Below, piece by piece: positions 10,330 through 19,445 of a stretch of 36,881 bases of DNA (position 1 is the first letter of the stretch; every line of letters begins with the position of its first letter). Under the pieces are notes generated by a model. The model had not been told where the DNA came from and did no database searches. It saw only the letters and a program-made list of their open reading frames with translations. Position numbers and translations under genes: made by a program. This DNA comes from Elusimicrobiota bacterium (GTDB taxonomy: Bacteria; Elusimicrobiota; Elusimicrobia; F11), in NCBI GenBank assembly GCA_046153645.1, contig JBJXGI010000030.1, forward strand, positions 1 to 36,881, written 5' to 3'.

Positions 10330-10482
10330 ATGAAGAATTTGACTCTCATTTTACTTGCTTCACTTCTCATGATTGGATGCTCAAAAAGCGGATCAAAATC
10401 CAATTTATTAGAAGGTGGTCAAATTTCACAAGAAACCGAACGCACTCCCACCGATATCAATCATCCTGGGCCTAATCAATAA
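10330..10482 (+). CDS. 50-aa small lipoprotein (not in ORF track)
   Basis: MKNLTLILLASLLMIG-C SKSGSKSNLLEGGQISQETERTPTDINHPGPNQ*; lipobox Cys17; SD GAGGA at 10321. Confidence 0.72.
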   Translation: MKNLTLILLASLLMIGCSKSGSKSNLLEGGQISQETERTPTDINHPGPNQ

Positions 10483-10509
10483 ATATTTATTTTCTTAACT
10501 CATCATTCA

Positions 10510-13500
10510 CTACGCGTACCGAGCAGCGGCTTTGGCCATTCGAATAATATCGGATAGTAAAACTTTCCCCCACCCCTTACCAAAGTTCAGAAGGACCTCA
10601 ATTCTTTCTGCTAAATCCTTAGTCGCCGTAAAAGGAACCATATCTTGCGCTAAAACGAGCAGTTTACCTTGCCTATATTTTGAAGTTATAAAGTCTCTCA
10701 CTTTTGACAATTTTTTCGCAGAAGCGCTATTCAACACAGTTTCATAAGAATACATACTGTCCTCTTGATTCACAGGTAATTGATCTTGGAAAACAAACCC
10801 CACGTTTTCAGAATATAGCCCACCACCTCCAAATGAGGTTAACCATTTCTGTTCACCCACAATAATAACCGCTTTTCCTTCCAATAACTCTGTATTTTCC
10901 AAAAGAGCAATGGCTTCTCTCTTAGATTCATCAGAAGTGACATGAACCACAATGATATCGGAGTCTCTCACAAGCTTATCTGGGTTCTTGTTATGCGATA
11001 GCTGTTGATAGTTCGCCAAGGTACTCCAAGTATGGAACCGCTGGAAAACATTTGATTTAAATGAGGCTTCATCAAACGCAGTGGCGATATTGAGTGGTTT
11101 GATAGGAAAGTTAAGAATGGTTTGTAACCCCAAAACAATAGGGCCAACTCTATTATTCTTAGGAATTTGAGAAAAGACCTGAAATGTTTTTTCGACTTCT
11201 AAAATATTATTTATTAATCCAAACTGATTCTGATAAAAAACATAACTATCGCGAATAAGATGAAAAAGGCCTGCTGCAGAAAAAAGAAGGATAGAATATT
11301 CTCGATAAAAGGAAGAAAGTGCACCAGCTATAAAATAAGAACCAAAAACCAAAACATGCCACCATGTTTCTTTTAAAGGGGACCCACGAACCCCATCTGC
11401 GCGTAAGAGCCCGAGGACAACATGTAACGCCACAACAATGGCCGATATACATGCGGAAATTTGACCAGGAAAATAAATATTTAAAACGACCATTCCAGGA
11501 ATTTCAATGAACAAAATCCAAAAAATGCCAATGCTCATTTTCCAATAAGGTGCTTTTTTAAAAATCTTTTTCACATAAGAAGGAGTAAGGCGAGAGTTTG
11601 CCCAAAGATTAAATAAAGAAGAAGGTTGATTCTGGGTAGAACGCTCTAATTCAGAAATCCAGGGTTCCATGGGAACGCCTCTCGTATCTTCTAATTTTAA
11701 TGGGGCCCCGTCTTTATAAGTTTTATACCGAAGCGATGTTAAAACTGTTCTATTCAAGCCAGCGAACCTTGGGTGGCGGAAAACAGTATCGGCAATAATT
11801 TCATCCAAGCGATTTTCAAAATCTTCAAGATAGCCTCCCTCGCCCAATGCATTTACGGTATTAATTATTCTCAAATGACTCGTATCAAATCCCGTTACTC
11901 GATCATTAGTGTCAATAAAATAGTTTTTCCACCAGCCTAAAATATCAATATCTAACACCCCAGCTTGAATCGTTTTTAAGTAGAAATCAGTAAGAGCATT
12001 AAATAAATTGGCTAATTCAATAGGCAACGAATCAGGGTCTTCAACGATGGAATCAAAGGCATTGTCAAATCTTTTTCCAGCAGCAATTTTTTGCAACACA
12101 TAGACATCTCCATTAGGTTCCTCTGGAGCTTCAGAAAACTGACCAGTATTACTTATAGTCACTAACTTAGTTGGAGTAAATAAATTCCCCAGTCTATTAA
12201 TAGCCGCATTTATACCGAGATAAAAAAAAGTTCCCCAACGGTTTTTATCAGATGGAGGAGAATCAAAATATTTTAAAACTTCTCCAACAGCAGGGATTAA
12301 AAAGACAAAAAAACCTGTCCCCTTATCTACTTGATAAGAATAATTATTGGAAATTGCATATTGAGTAACGACCGCATGCGCTTTATAAACATAGAGAAGC
12401 TGCTCAAATTTTTCTTTTCCTAACCCAATTTCACTAAAAGCCTGAATTATTTTTGTTTTTAAATCATCGCTTTTAAAATCTTTCTCCTTTTCTAAAAGAA
12501 CAATTCCCGCCGTTTCAACCATTCCAAAAGTTTTGTTTGGGAAGGAAGTGCTGAATTCAGTTTGACTTCTCAACATAACGAACACTTTTACTTTTCCATC
12601 TGTAGACTGCGTCATGAGTAAATTAAAAGGAATTTCAAGCAATTCAAGTAATTGTTCGAGGCGAACAAGTTCATCTAAAATTCTTTCGGGCTTATCCGAC
12701 TCAATAACGAGAGACCTGATGGGAAAGTCAACTGTGTAACTTATTTTGAAACCATTATGTTTTAACAATATGTTGGTTTTGGCTTTTTCAATGGGAGTTT
12801 CTTGAGGAAACACTTTATATGAATCATGAATAATTTTCATTCCGGCACCTTTGTGGTTGTATCCGATTCGGTATCCAAAAGAGCCCAATTCATAAAGTGT
12901 TTGTAACATAGATCTAAAAATATTGATATCAATCTGAGGGTGTTGGTGCTCTTTTCGAACAATCGTTCCAGTTAAACCAAAATAAGGAAATTGTTCAGGG
13001 ACTAAAATAAACCCATTTCCTAAATCCACTTGTCGTGCTTGGGTTCTTTGCAATTGGGAACAAAGAGGACAAGCTGAATTGGCTGTGTTACTTTTTCTAT
13101 GTAATCGATGAGGAACATGGGCAACCATGAGTGGTGAACCAGCTATTTGAGCCCAGGCAATGTCTCGATGGTTAACATTGCCAAATAGATCAGCGATGTG
13201 ACTTGGCAAAGCAATAGAACCATTGGGCTCTTCAGTGGTTAGTCGACGTACTGCTGGAGAGAATAAAATGAGATCAGGAGAAAAATGCGTTAAATCAAAC
13301 TTTGGGCTTTCGACGGGTGGATTTAATTTTCTTCTTTTAAAAAACCTAATCGGAAAATGAAAATGATTCCAATCATAGGGAGAAATTGAAAAAATAAGAT
13401 TAATAATAAAAATAGGCGCCAGATAATATGTGTACTGAGGATAAGAAAAAAGACCCAAAAATGAAACAAGCGTGATAAAACCACTGATTAAAACTCCGGG

Positions 13501-15840
13501 CCAACCAGATGAACCATAAACACCAATTCCACCTTGAGCTATATTTTTTCCAAATCTTTTAGGTAAATTTTCTTTACCAAAACCCATCTGAGCCCAATGA
13601 GCACCCTCGTGCAAAATAAATGAAAGCACCAAAACACTCAATATAAACCAAACCCTTATATCTGAAACAAAAATATTATGAGGATCAACCAACTTTAAAA
13701 TAGAAATAAAAATAACAAACCCAGAAGCCAACGCAATATTGATCCAATTAAGGGCGGAAGTTGGATCATTTTTTTCATCTAAATTTAAATTCTGGACAAG
13801 TAAAGCGCTTGCTCTGCCGTTTATATTTGACAAACCAGCATGCTCTAATAACGGTCTATTTAAAAATGGGACAATAAAATTCTGGTTTTTAAAAGTAAAA
13901 ATTGTGATAAAAACCAACATTGTTATTGGTAAAAAATAAATCCATTGACTCTCATGTGACGTGAGAACTTTTAAAAATAAAGTTGAGATAAATCCACTGA
14001 CAAATGCCCACCCCCAAACAAATCGATCCAATGAAATATAAACGGTTTTCTCTGAGAGAACGCCATTAGTAAAACCTACCTGGAAGAAGAATTTCTGATC
14101 CATCGGTTTTATTCTAACGGTGTATGATCCTAACTTTGAAATAAGGATGGGGTTCCAATGGGTTGTTTTTTCAAGCCAAGCAGTAATAGCTTCCAGCGAA
14201 GCTAATTTTTTTATGATGCTCCACGCCGACACAAGAAGAACTGCTTTACCTTGATTTATTTTTGAAAAAGCGTGATCTGCTAAAAATAGTTTTTGGCCTT
14301 CAAATAAAATATCAAGTGGGGTTTTTTGCTGTTCAAAATCACTTAAATAATTTTCGCTTTTTATTTTGGTAACCCGGGGCGTAAATGAAACGACGTTGTA
14401 ACCTTGCTTGGTAAGCTGCTCAGAAATACCAGAAGAATGAAAACCCCCGGTCACCAGAACCGCAGAAAAAAATGTTTCTGGGTTTTTAACATCAGCGTTA
14501 AGTACCTCATTTGATTTTTTACTGCGTACATCTTCAATAAAATTTTCTGCCATTTTTTTATCACGTTTAATAGCTAAACGATAGAACTCATGAAACGGAT
14601 TCAAAAGTTCTTTCATATTTAAAGAGAAAGAATGAGTAGTAGATTCGTACTTTTCCCATTCATACCGAGTCAGAGAAAATTCTGTTAGTTTTTCAAGATA
14701 TTTTAAGCCTCTCCAATCAGCAATAAATTTCCTCTCTTTATTTGACGTGATCGCGCTTAAAAGGACATCATCAATCAATATCTCAAAACCTTGTAAAAGT
14801 TGCTGTGCATTTAACTTTTCAGAAAATGTTAAATAATCATAAAATTTCTTAAATTCTAAAAATTGATTCAAATTTACTTCGTTTTTATACCTCTCAATAA
14901 CAAGAGCGTAAAATTCATTCTGCGGAAGATGCCCTGACTTTAACTCCTGAGTTAGTTTCACTAAGTCGATCTCAAAAGATTTTCTTTTATGCGCTAACAA
15001 AGCTTTTAAAAAAAGGTCTCTTTCTTTTTCAAGCTGAACAGCTGAAGTAAAATTTCTTAATTCTTTTTTTTGTTGATATGTCAGGTGGGTACTTATGCTA
15101 GATAAATGCGGTAATTTTAATAATAAATCTCCCAAATTTATATTTCCAGAATAGTACTGATCAAAAAGATTTAAATAACAATTTAGTTTTGGATTATTAT
15201 TTTCTTTCTGAATCAAGAGGGTTTTATTTTTTAAACTTATCTCTTGAAGCAGCATTTTCTTTTCTTTTTGAGAGCGAAGATAGGCGGAAACATTTTCGAA
15301 ATGGAGTTTTTCATCATCAATACCCATAAGCGCAGGTTTAAACGGGGCCGATGAAAGTGCTGCTTTGACTGGACCGGAAATTTCATTGGTTTTTAATAAA
15401 TATTCTGAAACATCACGAAGTGCTTTATGAGAGGGGAAGTCAAAAAAACCTGTTAAATCTAATATCCCTTCAGAACCTTCAACATAGACAACTGGCTGAT
15501 TTCTAGTTTTAAAATAATTCTCTAATAAATTAGCTATTTGATTTTGGGCTTCAAAGTTTTTATGAATATCTTGTATGTGCAAAACCCATTTTTTAGATAC
15601 TGCATTTGATAAATGGACTTCACGCACACTCCCCCATTTTTTAATAGATTCAAATGAGAAACGAGAACGAATCTCCCCTGAACTTAATGGAAATTGAGGC
15701 AAAAAAAGAATTGATTTTGATGGCAAAGCCTCTTTACGTTCTTGCCAAAATGAAGCCTCTGCCCAAGGAGATAAAACAACTTGGGATAAAAAAGTAATTA
15801 ACAGAAAGATACAGGTATTTTTTTTATGAATTGGTAACAC
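10510..15840 (-). CDS. 1776-aa multidomain, multi-pass membrane protein (TraB/Tiki-like N-domain, HExxH TM segment, HIT/GalT-like and kinase-like regions)
   Basis: Uninterrupted 5.3-kb ORF with GTG start and signal peptide (..PWAEA-S); motifs HIQDIH, VYVEG, RDKKMAEN, VLVTGGFH, HEGAH, CPLC, GYNHKGAG, DIDILGWWKNY; several hydrophobic clusters. Confidence 0.85.
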   Translation of the reverse strand: MLPIHKKNTCIFLLITFLSQVVLSPWAEASFWQERKEALPSKSILFLPQFPLSSGEIRSRFSFESIKKWGSVREVHLSNAVSKKWVLHIQDIHKNFEAQNQIANLLENYFKTRNQPVVYVEGSEGILDLTGFFDFPSHKALRDVSEYLLKTNEISGPVKAALSSAPFKPALMGIDDEKLHFENVSAYLRSQKEKKMLLQEISLKNKTLLIQKENNNPKLNCYLNLFDQYYSGNINLGDLLLKLPHLSSISTHLTYQQKKELRNFTSAVQLEKERDLFLKALLAHKRKSFEIDLVKLTQELKSGHLPQNEFYALVIERYKNEVNLNQFLEFKKFYDYLTFSEKLNAQQLLQGFEILIDDVLLSAITSNKERKFIADWRGLKYLEKLTEFSLTRYEWEKYESTTHSFSLNMKELLNPFHEFYRLAIKRDKKMAENFIEDVRSKKSNEVLNADVKNPETFFSAVLVTGGFHSSGISEQLTKQGYNVVSFTPRVTKIKSENYLSDFEQQKTPLDILFEGQKLFLADHAFSKINQGKAVLLVSAWSIIKKLASLEAITAWLEKTTHWNPILISKLGSYTVRIKPMDQKFFFQVGFTNGVLSEKTVYISLDRFVWGWAFVSGFISTLFLKVLTSHESQWIYFLPITMLVFITIFTFKNQNFIVPFLNRPLLEHAGLSNINGRASALLVQNLNLDEKNDPTSALNWINIALASGFVIFISILKLVDPHNIFVSDIRVWFILSVLVLSFILHEGAHWAQMGFGKENLPKRFGKNIAQGGIGVYGSSGWPGVLISGFITLVSFLGLFSYPQYTYYLAPIFIINLIFSISPYDWNHFHFPIRFFKRRKLNPPVESPKFDLTHFSPDLILFSPAVRRLTTEEPNGSIALPSHIADLFGNVNHRDIAWAQIAGSPLMVAHVPHRLHRKSNTANSACPLCSQLQRTQARQVDLGNGFILVPEQFPYFGLTGTIVRKEHQHPQIDINIFRSMLQTLYELGSFGYRIGYNHKGAGMKIIHDSYKVFPQETPIEKAKTNILLKHNGFKISYTVDFPIRSLVIESDKPERILDELVRLEQLLELLEIPFNLLMTQSTDGKVKVFVMLRSQTEFSTSFPNKTFGMVETAGIVLLEKEKDFKSDDLKTKIIQAFSEIGLGKEKFEQLLYVYKAHAVVTQYAISNNYSYQVDKGTGFFVFLIPAVGEVLKYFDSPPSDKNRWGTFFYLGINAAINRLGNLFTPTKLVTISNTGQFSEAPEEPNGDVYVLQKIAAGKRFDNAFDSIVEDPDSLPIELANLFNALTDFYLKTIQAGVLDIDILGWWKNYFIDTNDRVTGFDTSHLRIINTVNALGEGGYLEDFENRLDEIIADTVFRHPRFAGLNRTVLTSLRYKTYKDGAPLKLEDTRGVPMEPWISELERSTQNQPSSLFNLWANSRLTPSYVKKIFKKAPYWKMSIGIFWILFIEIPGMVVLNIYFPGQISACISAIVVALHVVLGLLRADGVRGSPLKETWWHVLVFGSYFIAGALSSFYREYSILLFSAAGLFHLIRDSYVFYQNQFGLINNILEVEKTFQVFSQIPKNNRVGPIVLGLQTILNFPIKPLNIATAFDEASFKSNVFQRFHTWSTLANYQQLSHNKNPDKLVRDSDIIVVHVTSDESKREAIALLENTELLEGKAVIIVGEQKWLTSFGGGGLYSENVGFVFQDQLPVNQEDSMYSYETVLNSASAKKLSKVRDFITSKYRQGKLLVLAQDMVPFTATKDLAERIEVLLNFGKGWGKVLLSDIIRMAKAAARYA

Positions 15841-15986
15841 ATCATTATTTTAAATAATGTGTCTTAAATTGATCTTAAGGACTTATAAATGAGTTGTAAC
15901 AAATTCGACCCGAGAATAAAGTTTCTTAAGCGAAATTTAACCAGAAAACAATTTGAATTTAAGATGCGATTTGTAAATTAGGGGCA

Positions 15987-16058
15987 GAGACCTTGAGTTA
16001 AGGTTCTCCGGGAACCCTGTCAGGTGCGGAGCTATCCGCCTGATGGGGTTATTTTTTT
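15987..16058 (+). other. Tandem hairpins ending in a terminator-like stem and T tract on the + strand
   Basis: GAGACCTT-GAGTT-AAGGTTCTC, then AACCCTGTCAG..GCGGA-GCTA-TCCGC-CTGATGGGGTT-ATTTTTTT; G-U pairs work only on the + strand. Confidence 0.55.
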
Positions 16059-17727
16059 AATCTGAATAAAAGATTCTATGAAGTTTCTGATCTAGACCGT
16101 AGATATCATCTCGAAATGACACCCAATTGTCTTTTCCCACCCAAGCAGTCCAATAAACAATATAGACCGGTAAACTTTTAGCCAAATGAACCACGACTGG
16201 TTCAGTCTGATTTAAGTACTGACGAATTCGATCTTCGGTCCAATCAGGATCCTCCAAAACAAATTTGGCCAATGGAATGGGATCTTTTAAGCGAATACAG
16301 CCATGGCTAAATGTTCTAAGGCGTTTATCAAATAGATCAGGGGCCGTGGTGCCATGAATATAAACATTATAGGGATTGGGAAACATAAATTTAACGGAGC
16401 CCAAGGAATTCCATGGTCCTGGTTTTTGTCGAAAACGGTACGGAGGAAAATCTGACGGCGTTAAATCGCACCATTCAATTTTTTGGATTTCCGTCTCAGT
16501 TAAAGGTCCTTTATCTCCGTTAAAAACTTCCATTTTATTTTTTGATACGTATTTTGGGTCTTCTTGAAGCTTGGGCAAAATTTCATTGACCGCGATGGAT
16601 CGAGGAACATTCCACTCAGGACTAAATTCAATATAGGTCATCTCATCACTAAATTCGGGAGTTTGAGTTTCACCTTTATCTTTGCCCACCACTGTAGGCA
16701 GTGAAAATTGTTCCACATTATTTTTATAGGCTTGTAATCGAAATTGAGGGATATTAACGATTAAATATCTTGCGCCCAATTCAATGGGAAGCCAGCGAAA
16801 TCGATCTAAACTAAATTTAATTTGATGAATTCGGTCAACCACAGATACATTGAGCGCCTTTATTGTTGCCGGCCCCACCTCTCCTACTTCGGGAAGCCCA
16901 TGGGCTCGTTGAAAAGCTTTTACTTGCTTTTCAAAAACAGTGTCAAATTTATCGTTACTTTTTGTCGAAGTTGAGACACCAGGCACCTCAAACATTAATC
17001 GCTTTTTAAGTGCACTCACAAGGGGGCCTTGATCACCTTTTTTAAAAAATTTTTTATCCGATAAAGTTTTCCAACCACCGCTTCGGGATATTTTTCGATA
17101 TTTCAGGAGTGCTTCTTTCAACCGCACATATCTTTCATCGGTGGGAACCAAACTTTCTAATGACTCTGCCACTTTGTTATCTAAAATGGCTGCATGAAGT
17201 AAAAAAACCAAATCCGCTTTTCGGCGAATAATCTTCCACTGAAGAAGCGAATTTTCATCTAGCGCGCGGCCGCCCAACAAATGTTTAGCCGCCATTAGAA
17301 AAGCATCGCTCATTAATAAATCAAACTGAATAGCGTTAGAAGATAATCTTAAATTAAACTTATCTTCACTTTGTTTTGACACCACTTTTTCCAGGGCGTT
17401 TAAGTGATAATCCTGCGGGTTTAAACCTTCCCCATCAAGTTGTTTTAATTCATTGATGAGAGAAACCCCAGAAGGGAGAATGTCTCCATTTTCAGACCAA
17501 ACCAAACGAAAACCTATGTCTTGATAAAAAGTCTTCAAATGTTTAGGTAAATATATTTTTTCTCCCCATAAAGTCTGTGAAGAAGCGTCGTTAATTTCCT
17601 GAAAAGAAATTTTTAAATCTTCACACGAGACACAATCAACAATCTCAAGGGGAACCCTTTTAATACAACCAGAAAAAGACAAGAAGAAAAATGAAAGAAA
17701 AAATAAATTTTTATTCTTTAACATCAT
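16057..17727 (-). CDS. L,D-transpeptidase, YcbB/LdtD family, with PG-binding domain; lipoprotein signal
   Basis: FSGC lipobox, VKAFQRAHGL, IVNIPQFRL, PEWNVPRSI, RQKPGPWNSLGSVKFMFPN, IHGT..SHGCIRL catalytic motif. Confidence 0.93.
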   Translation of the reverse strand: MMLKNKNLFFLSFFFLSFSGCIKRVPLEIVDCVSCEDLKISFQEINDASSQTLWGEKIYLPKHLKTFYQDIGFRLVWSENGDILPSGVSLINELKQLDGEGLNPQDYHLNALEKVVSKQSEDKFNLRLSSNAIQFDLLMSDAFLMAAKHLLGGRALDENSLLQWKIIRRKADLVFLLHAAILDNKVAESLESLVPTDERYVRLKEALLKYRKISRSGGWKTLSDKKFFKKGDQGPLVSALKKRLMFEVPGVSTSTKSNDKFDTVFEKQVKAFQRAHGLPEVGEVGPATIKALNVSVVDRIHQIKFSLDRFRWLPIELGARYLIVNIPQFRLQAYKNNVEQFSLPTVVGKDKGETQTPEFSDEMTYIEFSPEWNVPRSIAVNEILPKLQEDPKYVSKNKMEVFNGDKGPLTETEIQKIEWCDLTPSDFPPYRFRQKPGPWNSLGSVKFMFPNPYNVYIHGTTAPDLFDKRLRTFSHGCIRLKDPIPLAKFVLEDPDWTEDRIRQYLNQTEPVVVHLAKSLPVYIVYWTAWVGKDNWVSFRDDIYGLDQKLHRIFYSD

Positions 17728-18921
17728 TTATAACAATAGTGTATCCATCTCGGGATCAGTTGATTGGAAAGGTTTTTTTATTCGATCATCGGCGAATTCC
17801 TGACTTCTCCAACGCCGACGAAAACCTTTTACTTTTTTATAAAGGACCAAAGCTTCTGCTCGTTTTCCTTGAGCATCTAAAGAGTAACCTTGATATAAGT
17901 GAGACCAAGTATAAAAAGGAATATATTCATTGCCATTAACAATAGCCTGTTTAAATTCACCTTCAGCATCACTCCATTTTTTTTGTTTGAAATAACTCAT
18001 GCCTTTAAAAAAATGGGCATGACATTTAAAAAAAGAAGAGATATTTTTTGATTCAATTTTATCCAAAAAACCTTGCGCTTCTTTTTGAAAAGCGCCGATA
18101 TCGGTCGTGTTATATAAAGTTGTAAGAATGACAATTTGAACAAACGGGCTCATTGGAAATTCAGTTCTCAAATCTTGTAAAACGTGCAGCGCCTCTTGAG
18201 GTTTTTTCTCCATGCCAGATAAAATCCCCGCTAGGAAAAAACGGGCGGCAATTCGCGTGTAAACCCCTTTCTCTGAAGCTATTTTAAGTTCGTTAAGCCC
18301 AACCTGAGGGTTTTCAGATTTTAAAAAAGTGAGAATTCTTAGCACCTTAGGTAATGTTGCCACATAATAATCGAAAATCCCCAACCCCATATACGCATCA
18401 ACCATCTGTGGATTAATCTCTATGGCTCGAGATAAATTTTTTCTGGCCGCTTTTCCTCTTAAATAAGCCGTAAACCAATTACGATTGGTTGCCTCCCACC
18501 GACCTAAAAGGCCATACACGCTACCCAGCGTTAAATGAGCTTCACCAGTTTGGTCGCCCTCTTTAATAATTTTTTTTGAGAGTTCCACACACTTATTGGC
18601 TGTTTCTAAAAAAGTTTTGCTCTCTTTTTCATCATTCTCTAAAACGAAAACTGACAGTCTCCACCAATGAACTGAAGCCAACCCAAAGGCAACCATGGGA
18701 TGCTTTTCTGCTTGCCCTTGCAAGGGTTCAAAAATCTGAAGAGCCTTATCAAATTCAAGACTATAGAGTTCACGCAGTCCCGCTTTTATTTCATGGTCCA
18801 TTTCAGGCGTAATATTAAAGGGATTTGAGTCAAGATTTGACGGCTCTGCATGTACAACCTGTGAAGACACAAATAAAGCGGTTAACATCATAACGGATGT
18901 AAATTTTTTGAAACAATTCAT
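17728..18921 (-). CDS. Exported TPR-repeat protein
   Basis: Signal peptide (VHA-E); TPR-like helices AIEINPQMVDAYMGLG and ALVLYKKV. Confidence 0.8.
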   Translation of the reverse strand: MNCFKKFTSVMMLTALFVSSQVVHAEPSNLDSNPFNITPEMDHEIKAGLRELYSLEFDKALQIFEPLQGQAEKHPMVAFGLASVHWWRLSVFVLENDEKESKTFLETANKCVELSKKIIKEGDQTGEAHLTLGSVYGLLGRWEATNRNWFTAYLRGKAARKNLSRAIEINPQMVDAYMGLGIFDYYVATLPKVLRILTFLKSENPQVGLNELKIASEKGVYTRIAARFFLAGILSGMEKKPQEALHVLQDLRTEFPMSPFVQIVILTTLYNTTDIGAFQKEAQGFLDKIESKNISSFFKCHAHFFKGMSYFKQKKWSDAEGEFKQAIVNGNEYIPFYTWSHLYQGYSLDAQGKRAEALVLYKKVKGFRRRWRSQEFADDRIKKPFQSTDPEMDTLLL

Positions 18922-19060
18922 TTATATGTCCTTTTTGTATAGATAAATCAATGGGTTTTTATTTTCAAATACTGTCGTCAGTATCTTGCACTATTATGCT
19001 CTTCGATATACCTTTATACATAGATTAGCAAACAGAGGTCGCAAAAGCTTGGAGGAATAT

Positions 19061-19414
19061 GTGATGAAAAAATTAATAGGTTCTACTTTAATCGTTTTAA
19101 CCATGGCGTTGGGCTCACTTAAAGCAGGCGACGCGATTGCCATGGAAACCCAATCGGGACCCGTTTATTTTTCCAAACCCATCCCTTTAAAAGCGATCAC
19201 AAGTGGTGAACCCGATAGCATGGTTGTTTTTATTGTCGCAGGACCAGGCACTTCCCTTACTGTTCAAGGCTCCGTTGGTGGAAGCGCAGCCCTCGGAAGC
19301 ATTGATCCCACAAAAATCGGAAACGACGCAAAAGAGCTATTTGTTTCAGCTGTTGAAATATTTCCGGATGGTACCCGCCTTCATTCAGACCCCATCACCC
19401 TGAAAAAAATGTAA
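19061..19414 (+). CDS. Exported hypothetical protein
   Basis: SD GGAGG precedes GTG 19061/ATG 19064; signal peptide MKKLIGSTLIVLTMALG; beta-rich mature part. The track start at 18986 is probably over-extended. Confidence 0.7.
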   Translation: MMKKLIGSTLIVLTMALGSLKAGDAIAMETQSGPVYFSKPIPLKAITSGEPDSMVVFIVAGPGTSLTVQGSVGGSAALGSIDPTKIGNDAKELFVSAVEIFPDGTRLHSDPITLKKM

Positions 19415-19445
19415 TCACACATGGTTGTCAGAGTGAATTTTCTTT

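Noticed and set aside
16012..16040. GAACCCTGTCAGGTGCGGA resembles SRP RNA helix 8
   Set aside because: The required AGGAAGCAGC half is missing; the sequence instead closes as a simple hairpin
18969..18984. ATACTG-TCGT-CAGTAT palindrome as a LexA box
   Set aside because: Spacing does not fit CTGT-N8-ACAG; could be another operator but unsupported
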